From the NCBI GenBank assembly GCA_015233365.1, contig JADFXU010000003.1, forward strand, positions 41,307 through 105,306: a DNA stretch of 64,000 nucleotides, given 5' to 3'. The number at the start of each line of letters is the position of its first letter. The first letter of the stretch is position 1. Positions 41,272-50,818 of the stretch are shown one piece after another. The position numbers and the translations under genes were made by a program. The stretch comes from Nitrospirota bacterium. GTDB lineage: Bacteria; Nitrospirota; Thermodesulfovibrionia; Thermodesulfovibrionales; Dissulfurispiraceae. The notes below the pieces were generated by a model. The model was not told the DNA's origin. It saw only the letters and a list, made by a program, of their open reading frames with translations, and searched no databases.

Positions 41272-41448
41272 AGTAAAGGGGACAGATTTCCGGGCAAACC
41301 GGAATGACAAAATTGACAATCTCTCAAATCCTGTGCAAGCCCTCCTTAAATTGACTTATCGCAGGCCAAAATTTTAAAATGTGAGGTACGAGTCATTAAT
41401 TTCAGAGATTTAAGGCTGCTCATTTAAAGACAAAGAGGACGAAAAGAT

Positions 41449-42564
41449 ATGTGCAGACTGGCCGCGATAACATCGAAAGACTACATTTCACCTATGGAAC
41501 CCATCCTTGCCCTTGAAACCATGAAAGAGGGACATGACGGCTCAGGCCTGGGCCTCACGCTCAAAGACCTCGGCGGCGCGTTCGAGAAGCTGAAGAAATA
41601 TCCGGTAATGTCCGGCATCTGCTCGAAGGCCGGTAAGAAAGCGCTTGACGAGTTCATGAAAAAGGAGGGGTTTACCCTGAAATATGAATGGAAACCAAAG
41701 ATAAAACAGGTGAAGGGTATTATCCCCCGCGATTGTTATTTTGCGCGCGCCTATGACTATCCTGCCGCTTACAGAAATAAACCCTTACATGAAAAAGAGG
41801 ACCTTCTCATGAACACGAGACTGGCGCTCCGGAGAATCGGCGAGCCCGACGAGTCGATATTCGTGTTTTCGTTTTATCCTGACGTCCTTACGTTAAAAGA
41901 GGTAGGTGATCCGCTTCAGTTAGCAGAGTTTTTCGGGCTCGAAGATAACGGGCTGAAGGCCAGAATCATTTTGGCCCAGGGGCGACAGAACACGAACTAC
42001 GCGATTTATATGTATGCCTGCCACCCTTTCTTCATCCAGGGCTTCTGCAGCATGACTAATGGTGAAAATACCGCTTTTGTACCCATTAGGGAATTCCTCT
42101 CCAGCAGGGGCTTTCCCGGATACATGGGATACAACAGCGACAGCGAGGTGTTTACTCATATATTGCATTATACGGTAAGACAGTTGCATCTGCCCCTGCC
42201 TTATTATAAAGATATTATAACACCGCTCAAAGCAGCCGAGATCGGGCAGCGGTCCGACAGGGATGCACTGAGGCTTATGAAACAGTCCCTGCGATCTCTC
42301 TGCATAGACGGGCCGAACGTCATCATAGGCTTCACGCCGGACGGCACCTGCTTCATGGTGCACGACTCAAAAAAACTGAGGCCCGGCATAGTGGGAGGCG
42401 TCAAAGGCAAATATGCATTAATGTCCGAAGAGTGCGGCGTCGACAGTGCTCTCCCCAAACGGGACAGGAACAAAGACATTTTCCCGATGAAATACGATAT
42501 GATTACGGTTTCGCCGCACGCACAGGAGGTGAAGGTATGGAACCAGCTTCACGGTCAAATATAA
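41449..42564 (+). CDS. glutamate synthase domain 1 protein (class II glutamine amidotransferase, archaeal-type split GOGAT)
   Basis: 371 aa. The MCRLAAI start places the Ntn nucleophile at Cys2. HDGSGLG motif. Confidence 0.8.
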   Translation: MCRLAAITSKDYISPMEPILALETMKEGHDGSGLGLTLKDLGGAFEKLKKYPVMSGICSKAGKKALDEFMKKEGFTLKYEWKPKIKQVKGIIPRDCYFARAYDYPAAYRNKPLHEKEDLLMNTRLALRRIGEPDESIFVFSFYPDVLTLKEVGDPLQLAEFFGLEDNGLKARIILAQGRQNTNYAIYMYACHPFFIQGFCSMTNGENTAFVPIREFLSSRGFPGYMGYNSDSEVFTHILHYTVRQLHLPLPYYKDIITPLKAAEIGQRSDRDALRLMKQSLRSLCIDGPNVIIGFTPDGTCFMVHDSKKLRPGIVGGVKGKYALMSEECGVDSALPKRDRNKDIFPMKYDMITVSPHAQEVKVWNQLHGQI

Positions 42565-44210
42565 TGTCAGACCATAATCATCAGCTCTCACTGAGAGAGT
42601 TTCCATATATAATCAGATGGCGGGACGACCGTTGCAAGAGGTGCGGCAGATGTACCGCAGTGTGCCCGGTCAAGGCTATTGTCCCGTCAGTAAAAGTCCG
42701 GAGATTTGTCAGTTCCGAAGGACCCGTGCCGACGCCGACAACAGTAAGAATAACAACCCAGATTGTAGAACAGGTCACAGACATAGAGCGTTATTGCACC
42801 GGCTGCGGGAGTTGCACGCTGGTTTGCCCCAATGAAGCAATAGAGCCGGAGCTCAATCCGCAGAACAAGTTCCTCCACTATAAGAACAAAGGCGGCGATG
42901 CCTATAAGCGGGGCGGCAGGAGAAACGACCCTTCCATGTCTACTCTCGACAGGCTGAAATTCACGAGAATTTCGATGCTTACCGATCCTGCTCTTGATGC
43001 TGGAAGGCACGAATTCCGCATACGTTCGCTGCTTGGAAGGATACTGCCGCCGGAGGAAATGCCTATTATAGTGCGCAACGGAACGCTCGAGCTGGACAAG
43101 AAAAGCTCCAGGTTTATTCCACCTGTTCGCGAGATATTCCCTATCATGATCGGGAGCATGTCCATCGGCGCCCTTTCTCCCCCTATGTGGGAAGGACTGG
43201 CAATGGGTGTTGCATATTTGAATGAGGTTGAAGGTCTCCCTGTAGTGATGGCATCCGGAGAGGGCGGCATGCCGCCGCGGCTCCTGCGTTCAAAATACCT
43301 GAAGTATTTCATAATTCAGATAGCTTCGGGCTATTTCGGGTGGGATGAAATAATACATGCCCTGCCAGAAATGGTGGAAGACCCTGCAGCCATCGAAATC
43401 AAATACGGCCAGGGCGCAAAACCCGGCGACGGCGGACTGCTGATGGCCCAGAAGGTTTTGAAGCTTATAGCGAAGATACGCGGTGTTCCGCAGTTCATCG
43501 ATCTCGCTTCGCCTCCTACGCACCAGACAAAATATTCTATTGAAGAGGCAGTGGCAAAGATGATCCAGTCCATGTCGATGGCGTGGGGCTTCAGGGTCCC
43601 CGTGTATCCAAAGATATCCGGCACCAAGACCGCAAAGGCGGTGTTGAACAACCTTGCCAGGAACCCCTATGCAGCGGCACTCAGCATCGATGGTGAGGAC
43701 GGCGGGACCGGCGCGGCCTACAATGTCTCAATGGACAAAATGGGCCACCCTATTGCCTCCAACATCCGTGAGTGTTATCTTGACCTTGTGAAACAGGGCA
43801 AGCAGAACGAGCTTCCGCTGATCGCAGCAGGCGGCATAGGCAAGAAAGGCAATCTGGCTGCAAATACCGCGGCGCTCATCATGCTCGGAGCATCCGCGGT
43901 TGCCATAGGCAAATACATAATGCAGGCGGCAGCAGACTGCTTCGGAGATGAATACAATCGATGCAATCTTTGCAATACGGGAAAATGCCCCCGCGGAATA
44001 ACCACGCAGGACCCCAAGCTCTACCGGAGGCTTGACGCAGATAAAGTTGCCGAGCGCGTGGTAGAGGTCTTCCGGTCCGCCGACGTGGAATTGCGGAAGA
44101 TATTTGCCCCAATGGGCAGGAGCACCGAACTTCCTATCGGCATGTCCGACGGCTTGAGCATCGACGATAAAGCAATGGCAGAGAGGTTGGGGATAAGTTA
44201 TGCGTGCTAA
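42564..44210 (+). CDS. glutamate synthase domain 2 protein (FMN/Fe-S core) with an N-terminal 2x[4Fe-4S] ferredoxin domain
   Basis: The start overlaps the upstream stop (TAATG). CKRCGRCTAVCP and CTGCGSCTLVCP clusters. MSIGALS, KPGDGG and AAGGIG motifs of the GltB FMN domain. Confidence 0.85.
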   Translation: MSDHNHQLSLREFPYIIRWRDDRCKRCGRCTAVCPVKAIVPSVKVRRFVSSEGPVPTPTTVRITTQIVEQVTDIERYCTGCGSCTLVCPNEAIEPELNPQNKFLHYKNKGGDAYKRGGRRNDPSMSTLDRLKFTRISMLTDPALDAGRHEFRIRSLLGRILPPEEMPIIVRNGTLELDKKSSRFIPPVREIFPIMIGSMSIGALSPPMWEGLAMGVAYLNEVEGLPVVMASGEGGMPPRLLRSKYLKYFIIQIASGYFGWDEIIHALPEMVEDPAAIEIKYGQGAKPGDGGLLMAQKVLKLIAKIRGVPQFIDLASPPTHQTKYSIEEAVAKMIQSMSMAWGFRVPVYPKISGTKTAKAVLNNLARNPYAAALSIDGEDGGTGAAYNVSMDKMGHPIASNIRECYLDLVKQGKQNELPLIAAGGIGKKGNLAANTAALIMLGASAVAIGKYIMQAAADCFGDEYNRCNLCNTGKCPRGITTQDPKLYRRLDADKVAERVVEVFRSADVELRKIFAPMGRSTELPIGMSDGLSIDDKAMAERLGISYAC

Positions 44211-46575
44211 GAAACAAAAAACAGAAGTCAAAAAACAAAAAACAGGGCAAATTGCCGATAAGACTCTAAAGGGTCTGATAAACGGCAGGAGAGTGCCTTC
44301 GCGCATACTCGAAGAACAGATACAACAGGCGGTCCTGGACGGTGACAGGGAGATTCGTATCATTGCCGACGGACAGCACGGCATAGGAGGCAGGATCTGG
44401 CCAAGAAGTGAAACAGTGAGAATAATGGTTGAAGGCACTTCCGGACAACGGCTCGGCAGCATGGGAATGTCCGGTACCGAGATCGTAGCAAAAGGAAGCG
44501 TCTCCGATGATACCGGATGGCTCAATTGCGGCGCAAAGATAACCGTTCTGGGAGACACCACCAATGGCGCCTTCAATGCTGCGGCCCAGGGCATCCTTTA
44601 CATCCAGGGCAGCGGGGGCGCGCGATGCGACACCATGACAAAACACAACCCCCGTTTTGATCCTCCTCAATCGTGGTACTTCAGGAACGTGGGAGACTCT
44701 TTTGCCGAGTTCAAGGCCGGAGGCATCTCAGTGGTCTGCGGAGTCAATCCCAGGAACCCCGAGAACATATTAGGGTACCGCCCATGTGTTGGAATGGTAG
44801 GCGGCGCCATATATTTCCGCGGCCCGATACAGGGATACAGCGAAAAAGATGTAAAGCTCGTGGACCTGACACCTCAGGATTGGGAGTGGCTCAGGGACAA
44901 CATGAAGCCCTATCTGGAATCCATCGAACGGATGTCCTTCTACGACGAGCTGACCCGCTCAGCTGAAGATTGGAAGAAGCTCATCGCTTATACGCCGCAG
45001 GAGAAACGGTCCAGAAAATGGTTCAAGATATCGACCACGGATTTCAGAAAAAACATGTGGGAAAAAGAAGTAGGACAGGGCGGCATTTTTGGAGAATACC
45101 TGGACCATGAGCGTACACTGCTGCCCTATATAACTACGGGGACTGACAGGCGCAATAAACCTATATGGACGAATGAGAAATACGACCCTCCATGCGCGTA
45201 TGCCTGCCCCACCAGGATCCCGTCGCACAAAAGGGCGACATTGATAAGACAGGGTTTGCTCCAGGAGGCGCTTGAGCTAGTATTGCGCTACAGCCCTCTT
45301 CCCGCAACGGTATGCGGCCAAATATGCCCTAACCTGTGCATGGAGAGCTGTACCAGGGGCATGATTGACAAGCCTTTGCAGATCGATAAGCTTGGCAGCC
45401 TGGCCCTTGATCTGCCTGCTCCCAGGAAGGAAAAACCTACAGGCCACGCCGTGGCTGTCATCGGCGGGGGGCCGGCAGGACTCAGTGCGGCATGGCAGCT
45501 TGCACTGAAAGGGCATGCGGTGGACCTCTATGAATCAGCCGGCAAGCTTGGCGGCAAAATCGAACTCTGCATCCCGAGGGAACGCCTGCCTCAGGCAATA
45601 CTCGAAAAAGAGCTTTCGCGTTTCCGCGAGCTTGGGGTGAACGTCAACCTGAACACTGAGGTGGACAGGTACAAATTCGATGAAATTTATAAGAACCACG
45701 AACTCGTCGTTATTGCGGTGGGCGCTCACAAGCCGAGGACCATTACTTTCCCCGGCTCAGAGCACTCCTTATCCGCGTACGATTTCCTCAGAGACATCAA
45801 CAGCGGAAAACTTCCGGACCTGAGAGGGCGGAAAGTAGTGGTAATAGGTGCGGGCAATGTGGGGATGGATGTTGCTTCCGAGGCATACAATTACGGCGCA
45901 GAATCAGTGATCGCCGTAGATATCCAAAAACCGGCCGCCTTCGGTAAAGAGATGGAAAACGCGATCGCCAAGGGTACCCAGGTCCTCTGGCCCAGGATTA
46001 CTGATCGCTACAGTAAGGAAGAGAGAAAGCTGTATCTCAAAGACGGCTCCTCGCTCGATGCCGACGTTGTGGTCGTTTCAGTTGGTGATACGCCGATACT
46101 CGACTTCCTGCCGCAAGGGATCCATACTGAAAAAGGCTGGTTGACAGTGAATGAAATCGGTCAGACTTCCGATGTCAAAGTATTTGCCATAGGTGACGTT
46201 ACAAATCTTGGGCTTGTAACGCATGCCATCGGCCAGGGAAGGCTTGCAGCAGAGACTATTCATTACCAGTTGATGCATGCGCCCCGCCAGCCCGAAGTCA
46301 GACAGGTAATACCTTACGATCGTATCAAAACAGAGTACTATGACGTTTGCAGAGGAGATTTCCAGCCGGAAAGAGAGGCAAACAAATGCATGTCCTGTGC
46401 CACCTGCCGGGATTGCCATATGTGCGAGGCCACTTGTTACTGGGGCGCGATAAACAGAGTTGAGCAGGAGGGCGGGGCTTATGAATACGTGGTGGATGAA
46501 GACAAATGCATCGGCTGCGGCTTCTGCGCAGGCATCTGTCCGTGCGGCGTATGGGAAATGGTGGAGAACATATAA
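44200..46575 (+). CDS. fusion of glutamate synthase domain 3 (GXGXG) with a GltD-like NAD(P)H oxidoreductase and a C-terminal 2x[4Fe-4S] ferredoxin
   Basis: 791 aa. GQHGIGG...VEGTSGQRLGSMGMSG...GDTTNGAF (GXGXG domain). C-x-C cluster region CAYACP...CPNLC. VAVIGGGPAGLSAA and VVVIGAGNVGMD Rossmann motifs. CMSCATCRDCHMC and CIGCGFCAGICP at the C-terminus. Confidence 0.85.
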   Translation: MRAKKQKTEVKKQKTGQIADKTLKGLINGRRVPSRILEEQIQQAVLDGDREIRIIADGQHGIGGRIWPRSETVRIMVEGTSGQRLGSMGMSGTEIVAKGSVSDDTGWLNCGAKITVLGDTTNGAFNAAAQGILYIQGSGGARCDTMTKHNPRFDPPQSWYFRNVGDSFAEFKAGGISVVCGVNPRNPENILGYRPCVGMVGGAIYFRGPIQGYSEKDVKLVDLTPQDWEWLRDNMKPYLESIERMSFYDELTRSAEDWKKLIAYTPQEKRSRKWFKISTTDFRKNMWEKEVGQGGIFGEYLDHERTLLPYITTGTDRRNKPIWTNEKYDPPCAYACPTRIPSHKRATLIRQGLLQEALELVLRYSPLPATVCGQICPNLCMESCTRGMIDKPLQIDKLGSLALDLPAPRKEKPTGHAVAVIGGGPAGLSAAWQLALKGHAVDLYESAGKLGGKIELCIPRERLPQAILEKELSRFRELGVNVNLNTEVDRYKFDEIYKNHELVVIAVGAHKPRTITFPGSEHSLSAYDFLRDINSGKLPDLRGRKVVVIGAGNVGMDVASEAYNYGAESVIAVDIQKPAAFGKEMENAIAKGTQVLWPRITDRYSKEERKLYLKDGSSLDADVVVVSVGDTPILDFLPQGIHTEKGWLTVNEIGQTSDVKVFAIGDVTNLGLVTHAIGQGRLAAETIHYQLMHAPRQPEVRQVIPYDRIKTEYYDVCRGDFQPEREANKCMSCATCRDCHMCEATCYWGAINRVEQEGGAYEYVVDEDKCIGCGFCAGICPCGVWEMVENI

Positions 46576-46589
46576 GAGTAAGCGATAAG

Positions 46590-46636
46590 CGGCAAAGGGA
46601 AAACCCTGTTCACTGCTTGCTGCTTGCCGGATTTTT
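46590..46636 (+). terminator. weak intrinsic terminator candidate after the glutamate synthase operon
   Basis: CGGCAA...TTGCCG outer stem with an inner AGGG-AAAA-CCCT hairpin, followed by GATTTTT. Confidence 0.3.
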
Positions 46637-46668
46637 ACCGATTACTGATCACTGATTACTTTTAGAGA

Positions 46669-46742
46669 CGGGGCGTAGCGCAGCCTGGTAGCGCACACGG
46701 TTCGGGACCGTGGAGTCGGAGGTTCAAATCCTCTCGCCCCGA
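46669..46742 (+). tRNA. tRNA-Pro (anticodon CGG)
   Basis: CGGGGCGTAGCGCAGCCTGGTAGCGCACACGGTTCGGGACCGTGGAGTCGGAGGTTCAAATCCTCTCGCCCCGA. Acceptor stem CGGGGCG/CGCCCCG, D-arm GCGC/GCGC, anticodon stem CACGG/CCGTG with loop TTCGGGA, and a T-loop TTCAAAT. Confidence 0.9.
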
Positions 46743-46758
46743 TTTTCCTTTACAGATA

Positions 46759-47109
46759 ATGCCTAAACATACACATAAGAAATCATTGAATGAAGCCGCG
46801 TGTCCGGCATGGCTTGAAGGGGACAATAAACTGTTCAAGGGGATCATGGCCGTATTTATCAGGAATGTCCCTCCCCTTATGGATCGGCTAAAGGATGCCC
46901 TTGAAGCAAACGATGCCGTCCAGGTTAAAGTCCTGTCGCATTCGTTGAAGGGCTCGGCATCGATGATCGGTGCGCATCCCCTGCGCGATGCGGCGTTCAG
47001 AGCGGAGAGTGCGGCTATAGAGGGAGACCTCGAAAAAGCACGCGGCTTTTATTGTGAGATGAAAGCAGAGCTTGAGAATGTCCTTGCCGCGTTAAACAGG
47101 ACAAAATAG
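46759..47109 (+). CDS. Hpt (histidine phosphotransfer) domain protein
   Basis: 116 aa. The VLSHSLKGSASMIGA motif carries the phosphorylatable His. There is no obvious SD, so the start could instead be Met 46846. Confidence 0.75.
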   Translation: MPKHTHKKSLNEAACPAWLEGDNKLFKGIMAVFIRNVPPLMDRLKDALEANDAVQVKVLSHSLKGSASMIGAHPLRDAAFRAESAAIEGDLEKARGFYCEMKAELENVLAALNRTK

Positions 47110-47117
47110 GGATTGTG

Positions 47118-48458
47118 ATGAAAACAGTACTGACAGTTGATGACGAAGCGATCGTACGATTTGCCCTCTCCGAAAAGCTGAAGGAGCGCGGCTATTCAGT
47201 GAAAGAAGCGTGCAACGGCAGGGATGCCGTCGCAATCTGCACAAGTGAAACTATCGATGCCGTTCTCCTGGACCTGAATATGCCGGAGATGGGCGGTATC
47301 GAGACCCTCCATGAATTAAAAAAACTGGGCATCGATGTGCCTGTCATCATTGTGACGGCATATGGCGATATACCCACTGCAGTGAAAGCCATCAAACTTG
47401 GCGCTTACGATTTTATCGAAAAACCGCCTCAGGTAAGCAAGCTCTTTGTTACGCTGGAAAGGGCAATGGAAAAGGCGGAACTCGAAAAAAGGGTAAAGAA
47501 TCTTGACACGACGCTGGAGACCTCTTTTGAATGGATGATGGGAAGAAGCACAGCCATGAAAGGAGTGATAGCAAAGGTAAGGCAGGTGTCGTCCAGCGAT
47601 TTTTCCGTGATCCTTCAGGGTGAAACCGGAACCGGAAAGTCATTTCTCGCTAACGCAATACACAACCTGAGCAGAAGGTCCGGCAAGGAGTTTATAAAGG
47701 TCGACATCAGCGTCATACCTGAGAATCTTGTTGAAAGCGAACTTTTTGGATATGAAAAAGGCGCCTTCACCGGAGCCTACAGGAACAAAAAAGGTTATTT
47801 CGAGGTCGCGCGGGAGGGTACCCTTTTTATCGACGAACTCGAAAATATGTCACCATATATGCAGACCAAGCTCCTTAGTGCTGTTGAAGACAGAAAGATA
47901 TTCCCTCTTGGAGGCACCAAGCCGGTGGATATTGATGTGCGCCTGATTTTTGCCGCCAGTAAAGATTTAAAAAAGTCCGTCAGCAAGAAAGAGTTCAGGA
48001 AAGACCTGTTCTACCGGTTGGGCGAATTCATTATCGACATCCCTCCTTTGCGGGAGCGCGTAGAGGACATTCCCCTGTTCGCGCGTAAATTCCTTATAGA
48101 TGCCGCAACAGAGATGAACAAGCAGATAAAGGAGTTCGAGGATGCCATAGCCTGCCTGACCGAGTATCACTGGCCGGGTAATTTAAGGGAGTTGAAAAAT
48201 GTGATAAGGCGGGCGGTGCTCCTCTCGGAAGACGGTGTCATGAAACCAAGCAATGTGAGATTTCTGCTCAAGGAGGGGGAAGACAACACAGAGAATGCCT
48301 CCCTTTTTCCGCTCAGGGAAGCCGTCTCTGCAATAGAGAAAAAAGCCATAAAGGAGGCGCTGCATATCAATAGAAGCAACAAGTCAAAAGCAGCAGCCCT
48401 GCTCCAGATAGATTACAAAACGCTGCTCACAAAAATAAAAGATTACAATATTCATTAG
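47118..48458 (+). CDS. sigma-54-dependent response regulator (NtrC/FleR-type: REC + AAA+ + Fis HTH)
   Basis: VLTVDDE...LLDLNMPEMGG receiver domain. Walker A GETGTGKS, the GAFTGA sigma-54 contact loop (EKGAFTGA), and a C-terminal SNKSKAAALLQIDYKTLLTKIK HTH. Confidence 0.9.
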   Translation: MKTVLTVDDEAIVRFALSEKLKERGYSVKEACNGRDAVAICTSETIDAVLLDLNMPEMGGIETLHELKKLGIDVPVIIVTAYGDIPTAVKAIKLGAYDFIEKPPQVSKLFVTLERAMEKAELEKRVKNLDTTLETSFEWMMGRSTAMKGVIAKVRQVSSSDFSVILQGETGTGKSFLANAIHNLSRRSGKEFIKVDISVIPENLVESELFGYEKGAFTGAYRNKKGYFEVAREGTLFIDELENMSPYMQTKLLSAVEDRKIFPLGGTKPVDIDVRLIFAASKDLKKSVSKKEFRKDLFYRLGEFIIDIPPLRERVEDIPLFARKFLIDAATEMNKQIKEFEDAIACLTEYHWPGNLRELKNVIRRAVLLSEDGVMKPSNVRFLLKEGEDNTENASLFPLREAVSAIEKKAIKEALHINRSNKSKAAALLQIDYKTLLTKIKDYNIH

Positions 48459-48640
48459 AGACTTTAACGCAAGATCATTAACACCTCTTTTATGTCATTC
48501 TGGTCATTGCTCATTACGCATTACTGATCAAGGTTTTTTATGGCATTTTTCCATAGGTACTGGAACAATTCCATAATCAGACTAAACGGCATTACCATAA
48601 CAATACAGATCATTCAATAGGTTAATCCATAATTCTCCGC

Positions 48641-48656
48641 TGGCATATTGATTGCA
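48641..48656 (+). promoter_or_regulatory. sigma-54 (-24/-12) promoter candidate upstream of fliL
   Basis: TGGCAT-ATTGA-TTGCAT matches TGGCAC-N5-TTGCW with correct spacing. Caveat: the -12 element ends only ~12 nt before ATG 48668, which implies an essentially leaderless transcript. Confidence 0.4.
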
Positions 48657-48667
48657 TAATCTTATTT

Positions 48668-49093
48668 ATGATGAAACTAAATAGAGACCAATTAATAAAG
48701 AAAATAGTTTTGCTGATCATTATAGCTCTTCTGGCCGGTTTAAATGCGTGCACAAAATCAACTAGTGCCAGCGAACCCAAAAAAGTTGAAAATGGAGCAA
48801 ATTTTATCATGGAGCCATTTATCTTGAATATTGGGAATCATGGCGATGCAGGGGCCATAAAAGTGACAATAGCTCTCGAACTTACTAATACCTCTTTAGA
48901 GGAAACGGCAAAAAAAAGAACGGCTCAGTTAAGAGATGCGATTATTATACTCCTCTCGACCAGGTCGAAAGAAGACCTTTCCAGTCAGGAAGGGAAACTG
49001 CAACTTAAAGACGAAATACTTCTTCAGGCCAACCAGATAATAAACGAAGGCGCAGTAAGAAATGTCTTTTTCTCGGACTTCGTAATGCAGTAA
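48668..49093 (+). CDS. fliL: flagellar basal-body-associated protein FliL
   Basis: 141 aa. N-terminal TM/lipobox-like LAGLNAC, then the FliL-family core (FILNIG...IKVTIALEL...LRDAIIILLS...VRNVFFSDFVMQ). Confidence 0.7.
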   Translation: MMKLNRDQLIKKIVLLIIIALLAGLNACTKSTSASEPKKVENGANFIMEPFILNIGNHGDAGAIKVTIALELTNTSLEETAKKRTAQLRDAIIILLSTRSKEDLSSQEGKLQLKDEILLQANQIINEGAVRNVFFSDFVMQ

Positions 49094-49128
49094 TCGTCGT
49101 ACCGCGTTCAGCGTACTCTACATACGCC

Positions 49129-49157
49129 TTGTCCAAAAACGATTTTTCCGTTACAAT
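49129..49157 (+). promoter_or_regulatory. sigma-70-type promoter candidate for the corrinoid operon (leaderless geometry)
   Basis: TTGTCC-N17-TACAAT. Only 8 nt separate the -10 element from ATG 49166, and there is no SD. Confidence 0.4.
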
Positions 49158-49165
49158 AAAAGATT

Positions 49166-49804
49166 ATGAACGAGCAGTCCCTTGATCGACTCATCGATGC
49201 CCTGCTGGAAGGAGATCAGTTCCGGGCTTTCGCCGAAGTGGACAGCCTCCGAAACGCCGGCATAGACAATAACCAGATCATTATCAACGGCATTGAGACT
49301 GCAATGGGCCGGCTGGACGCAAAATGCACTTTAGAACAGTTCAATCTGCTCGAAATCATGCTTGTAGGCCGGGCAGTGATGGGAGTCATAAAGATGCTTT
49401 ATCCCGAGTCGCCTCCTGTACCCACAAGAGAAACCGTCATAGTGGCAAGCCTTGAAGGTGATGTTCATGACCTGGGGAAGAACATCGTCAAGACAATCAT
49501 GACCGCCAGGGGATACCGCGTCATTGACTGCGGCAAGGATTGCCCGGTAGACAAGCTGCTCGATACAGCCGTCAGGGAAGAGGCGGCCATAATAAGTATA
49601 AGCGGACTTATAACAAGTGTCATCCCGATGGTGAGACAGGTCATCCCGATGGCGCGGGCCAGAGGTCTGACAAAAGTGAAAGTCCTGGCAGGAGGAGCGG
49701 CATTGAAGCAGGCGTCTGCAGATATTCTTAATGTCGATTACGTGGCCGACTCTGTTTTTGACGGCATACGCTTCCTCGAAGATGGGCCGAAAGGTGAGCA
49801 GTGA
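49166..49804 (+). CDS. cobalamin-binding corrinoid protein (MtaC/MtbC-like: B12-binding_2 cap + B12-binding Rossmann domain)
   Basis: 212 aa. The GDVHDLGKNIV sequence is the DxHxxG base-off/His-on motif. SGLITS and LAGGAAL motifs. Confidence 0.85.
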   Translation: MNEQSLDRLIDALLEGDQFRAFAEVDSLRNAGIDNNQIIINGIETAMGRLDAKCTLEQFNLLEIMLVGRAVMGVIKMLYPESPPVPTRETVIVASLEGDVHDLGKNIVKTIMTARGYRVIDCGKDCPVDKLLDTAVREEAAIISISGLITSVIPMVRQVIPMARARGLTKVKVLAGGAALKQASADILNVDYVADSVFDGIRFLEDGPKGEQ

Positions 49805-50814
49805 ACAGCCTTGAACGGATTAAGGCCGCGACAAGTTTTGTGATACCTGACCGTGTACCGGTAATCGCCCAGGTATTCGGTCACGCTGCTGTCCTTGCCG
49901 GCGTTCCTATAGGAAAGTATGTGAGAGACGGCGACCTTCTGGCGCGCTGCCAGCTAAAGGCACTGGCCCATTATGGCTACGACACCGTTTTCACACTTAT
50001 GGATTCCGGCGTGGAGACTGAAGCCGTTGGTTCACGCCTGAGATACCGTTCAGATATGTATCCTTACGTAGAACACTATGTGATTGCGGATGCCAAAGAA
50101 ATGAATAGTGTTGCCGTACCGGACCCTCAGCGGTCCGGGCGCATGCCGGAAATGCTCAAAGCCGCAAGTTTTCTCCGTTCTGAACTCGGGAACGAGGTCC
50201 TGATCACAGGCTGCGTATTGGGACCTATGACTCTGGCCATGCAGTTGCTCGGACCTGAAAAGGCCCTCTTCCTTGCCGTAGACGATCCCGATTTGTTTGA
50301 CCGCGTTCTTGACTTCGCGGTGGAAGTCGCCATAACCTTTGGCCTGGCCCAGATTGAAGCAGGGGCGCATTTGCCGTTAATATTCGACCCTTCTGCCTCG
50401 CCTGCTGTCATCCCACCGCGTTTTTTCCGGGAATTCGAACTTCCGCGGCTCAGGAGGCTTTTTTCAGCATTCAAGTCAGCAGGATCTTTTGCCAATTGGC
50501 TGCACATCGCCGGTCCGGTCGACCCTATCTGCCCGTATTATCCGGAAGCAGGAGTTGAAATTGCCAATTTAGATTACTGCGTCGACCCATTGCATGCCCG
50601 TAAAATTCTCCCCCGCACCTGCCTTGACGGCAATATCAAACCGCTCTCGTTTATAGAAGCCGAACCAGCCGATGTTGCTGCCGAGTCGGCCAGGCTGCTG
50701 GAACTGTTCAGATCACAAGGCGGCTTTATCCTCTCCTCCGGCTGTGAGATACCACCGGAGTCGAGACCTGAGAATGTTGCCGCCATGGTCTCCGCCCCGC
50801 GTTCAGGGAGGTGA
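49801..50814 (+). CDS. uroporphyrinogen-decarboxylase-family methyltransferase (MtaA/CmuA-like)
   Basis: 337 aa. URO-D fold pattern (PDRVPV..., DSGVETEA, DPSASP, HIAG, LSSGCEIP). 4-nt overlap with the corrinoid protein gene. Confidence 0.8.
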   Translation: MNSLERIKAATSFVIPDRVPVIAQVFGHAAVLAGVPIGKYVRDGDLLARCQLKALAHYGYDTVFTLMDSGVETEAVGSRLRYRSDMYPYVEHYVIADAKEMNSVAVPDPQRSGRMPEMLKAASFLRSELGNEVLITGCVLGPMTLAMQLLGPEKALFLAVDDPDLFDRVLDFAVEVAITFGLAQIEAGAHLPLIFDPSASPAVIPPRFFREFELPRLRRLFSAFKSAGSFANWLHIAGPVDPICPYYPEAGVEIANLDYCVDPLHARKILPRTCLDGNIKPLSFIEAEPADVAAESARLLELFRSQGGFILSSGCEIPPESRPENVAAMVSAPRSGR

Positions 50815-50818
50815 TTTT

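Noticed and set aside
46641-46660. ATTACTGATCA recurs at 46641 and about 48519, flanking the Hpt/NtrC operon. I considered it as a possible enhancer (UAS) site.
   Set aside because: Hundreds of 11-mer repeat pairs are expected by chance in 64 kb (about 2e9 pairs / 4^11). The motif is not palindromic like NtrC-family UAS sites.
48541-48585. Additional sigma-54-like strings TGGCATTTTTCCAT and TGGAACAATTCCAT upstream of fliL.
   Set aside because: Both lack the TTGC -12 element at the required spacing.
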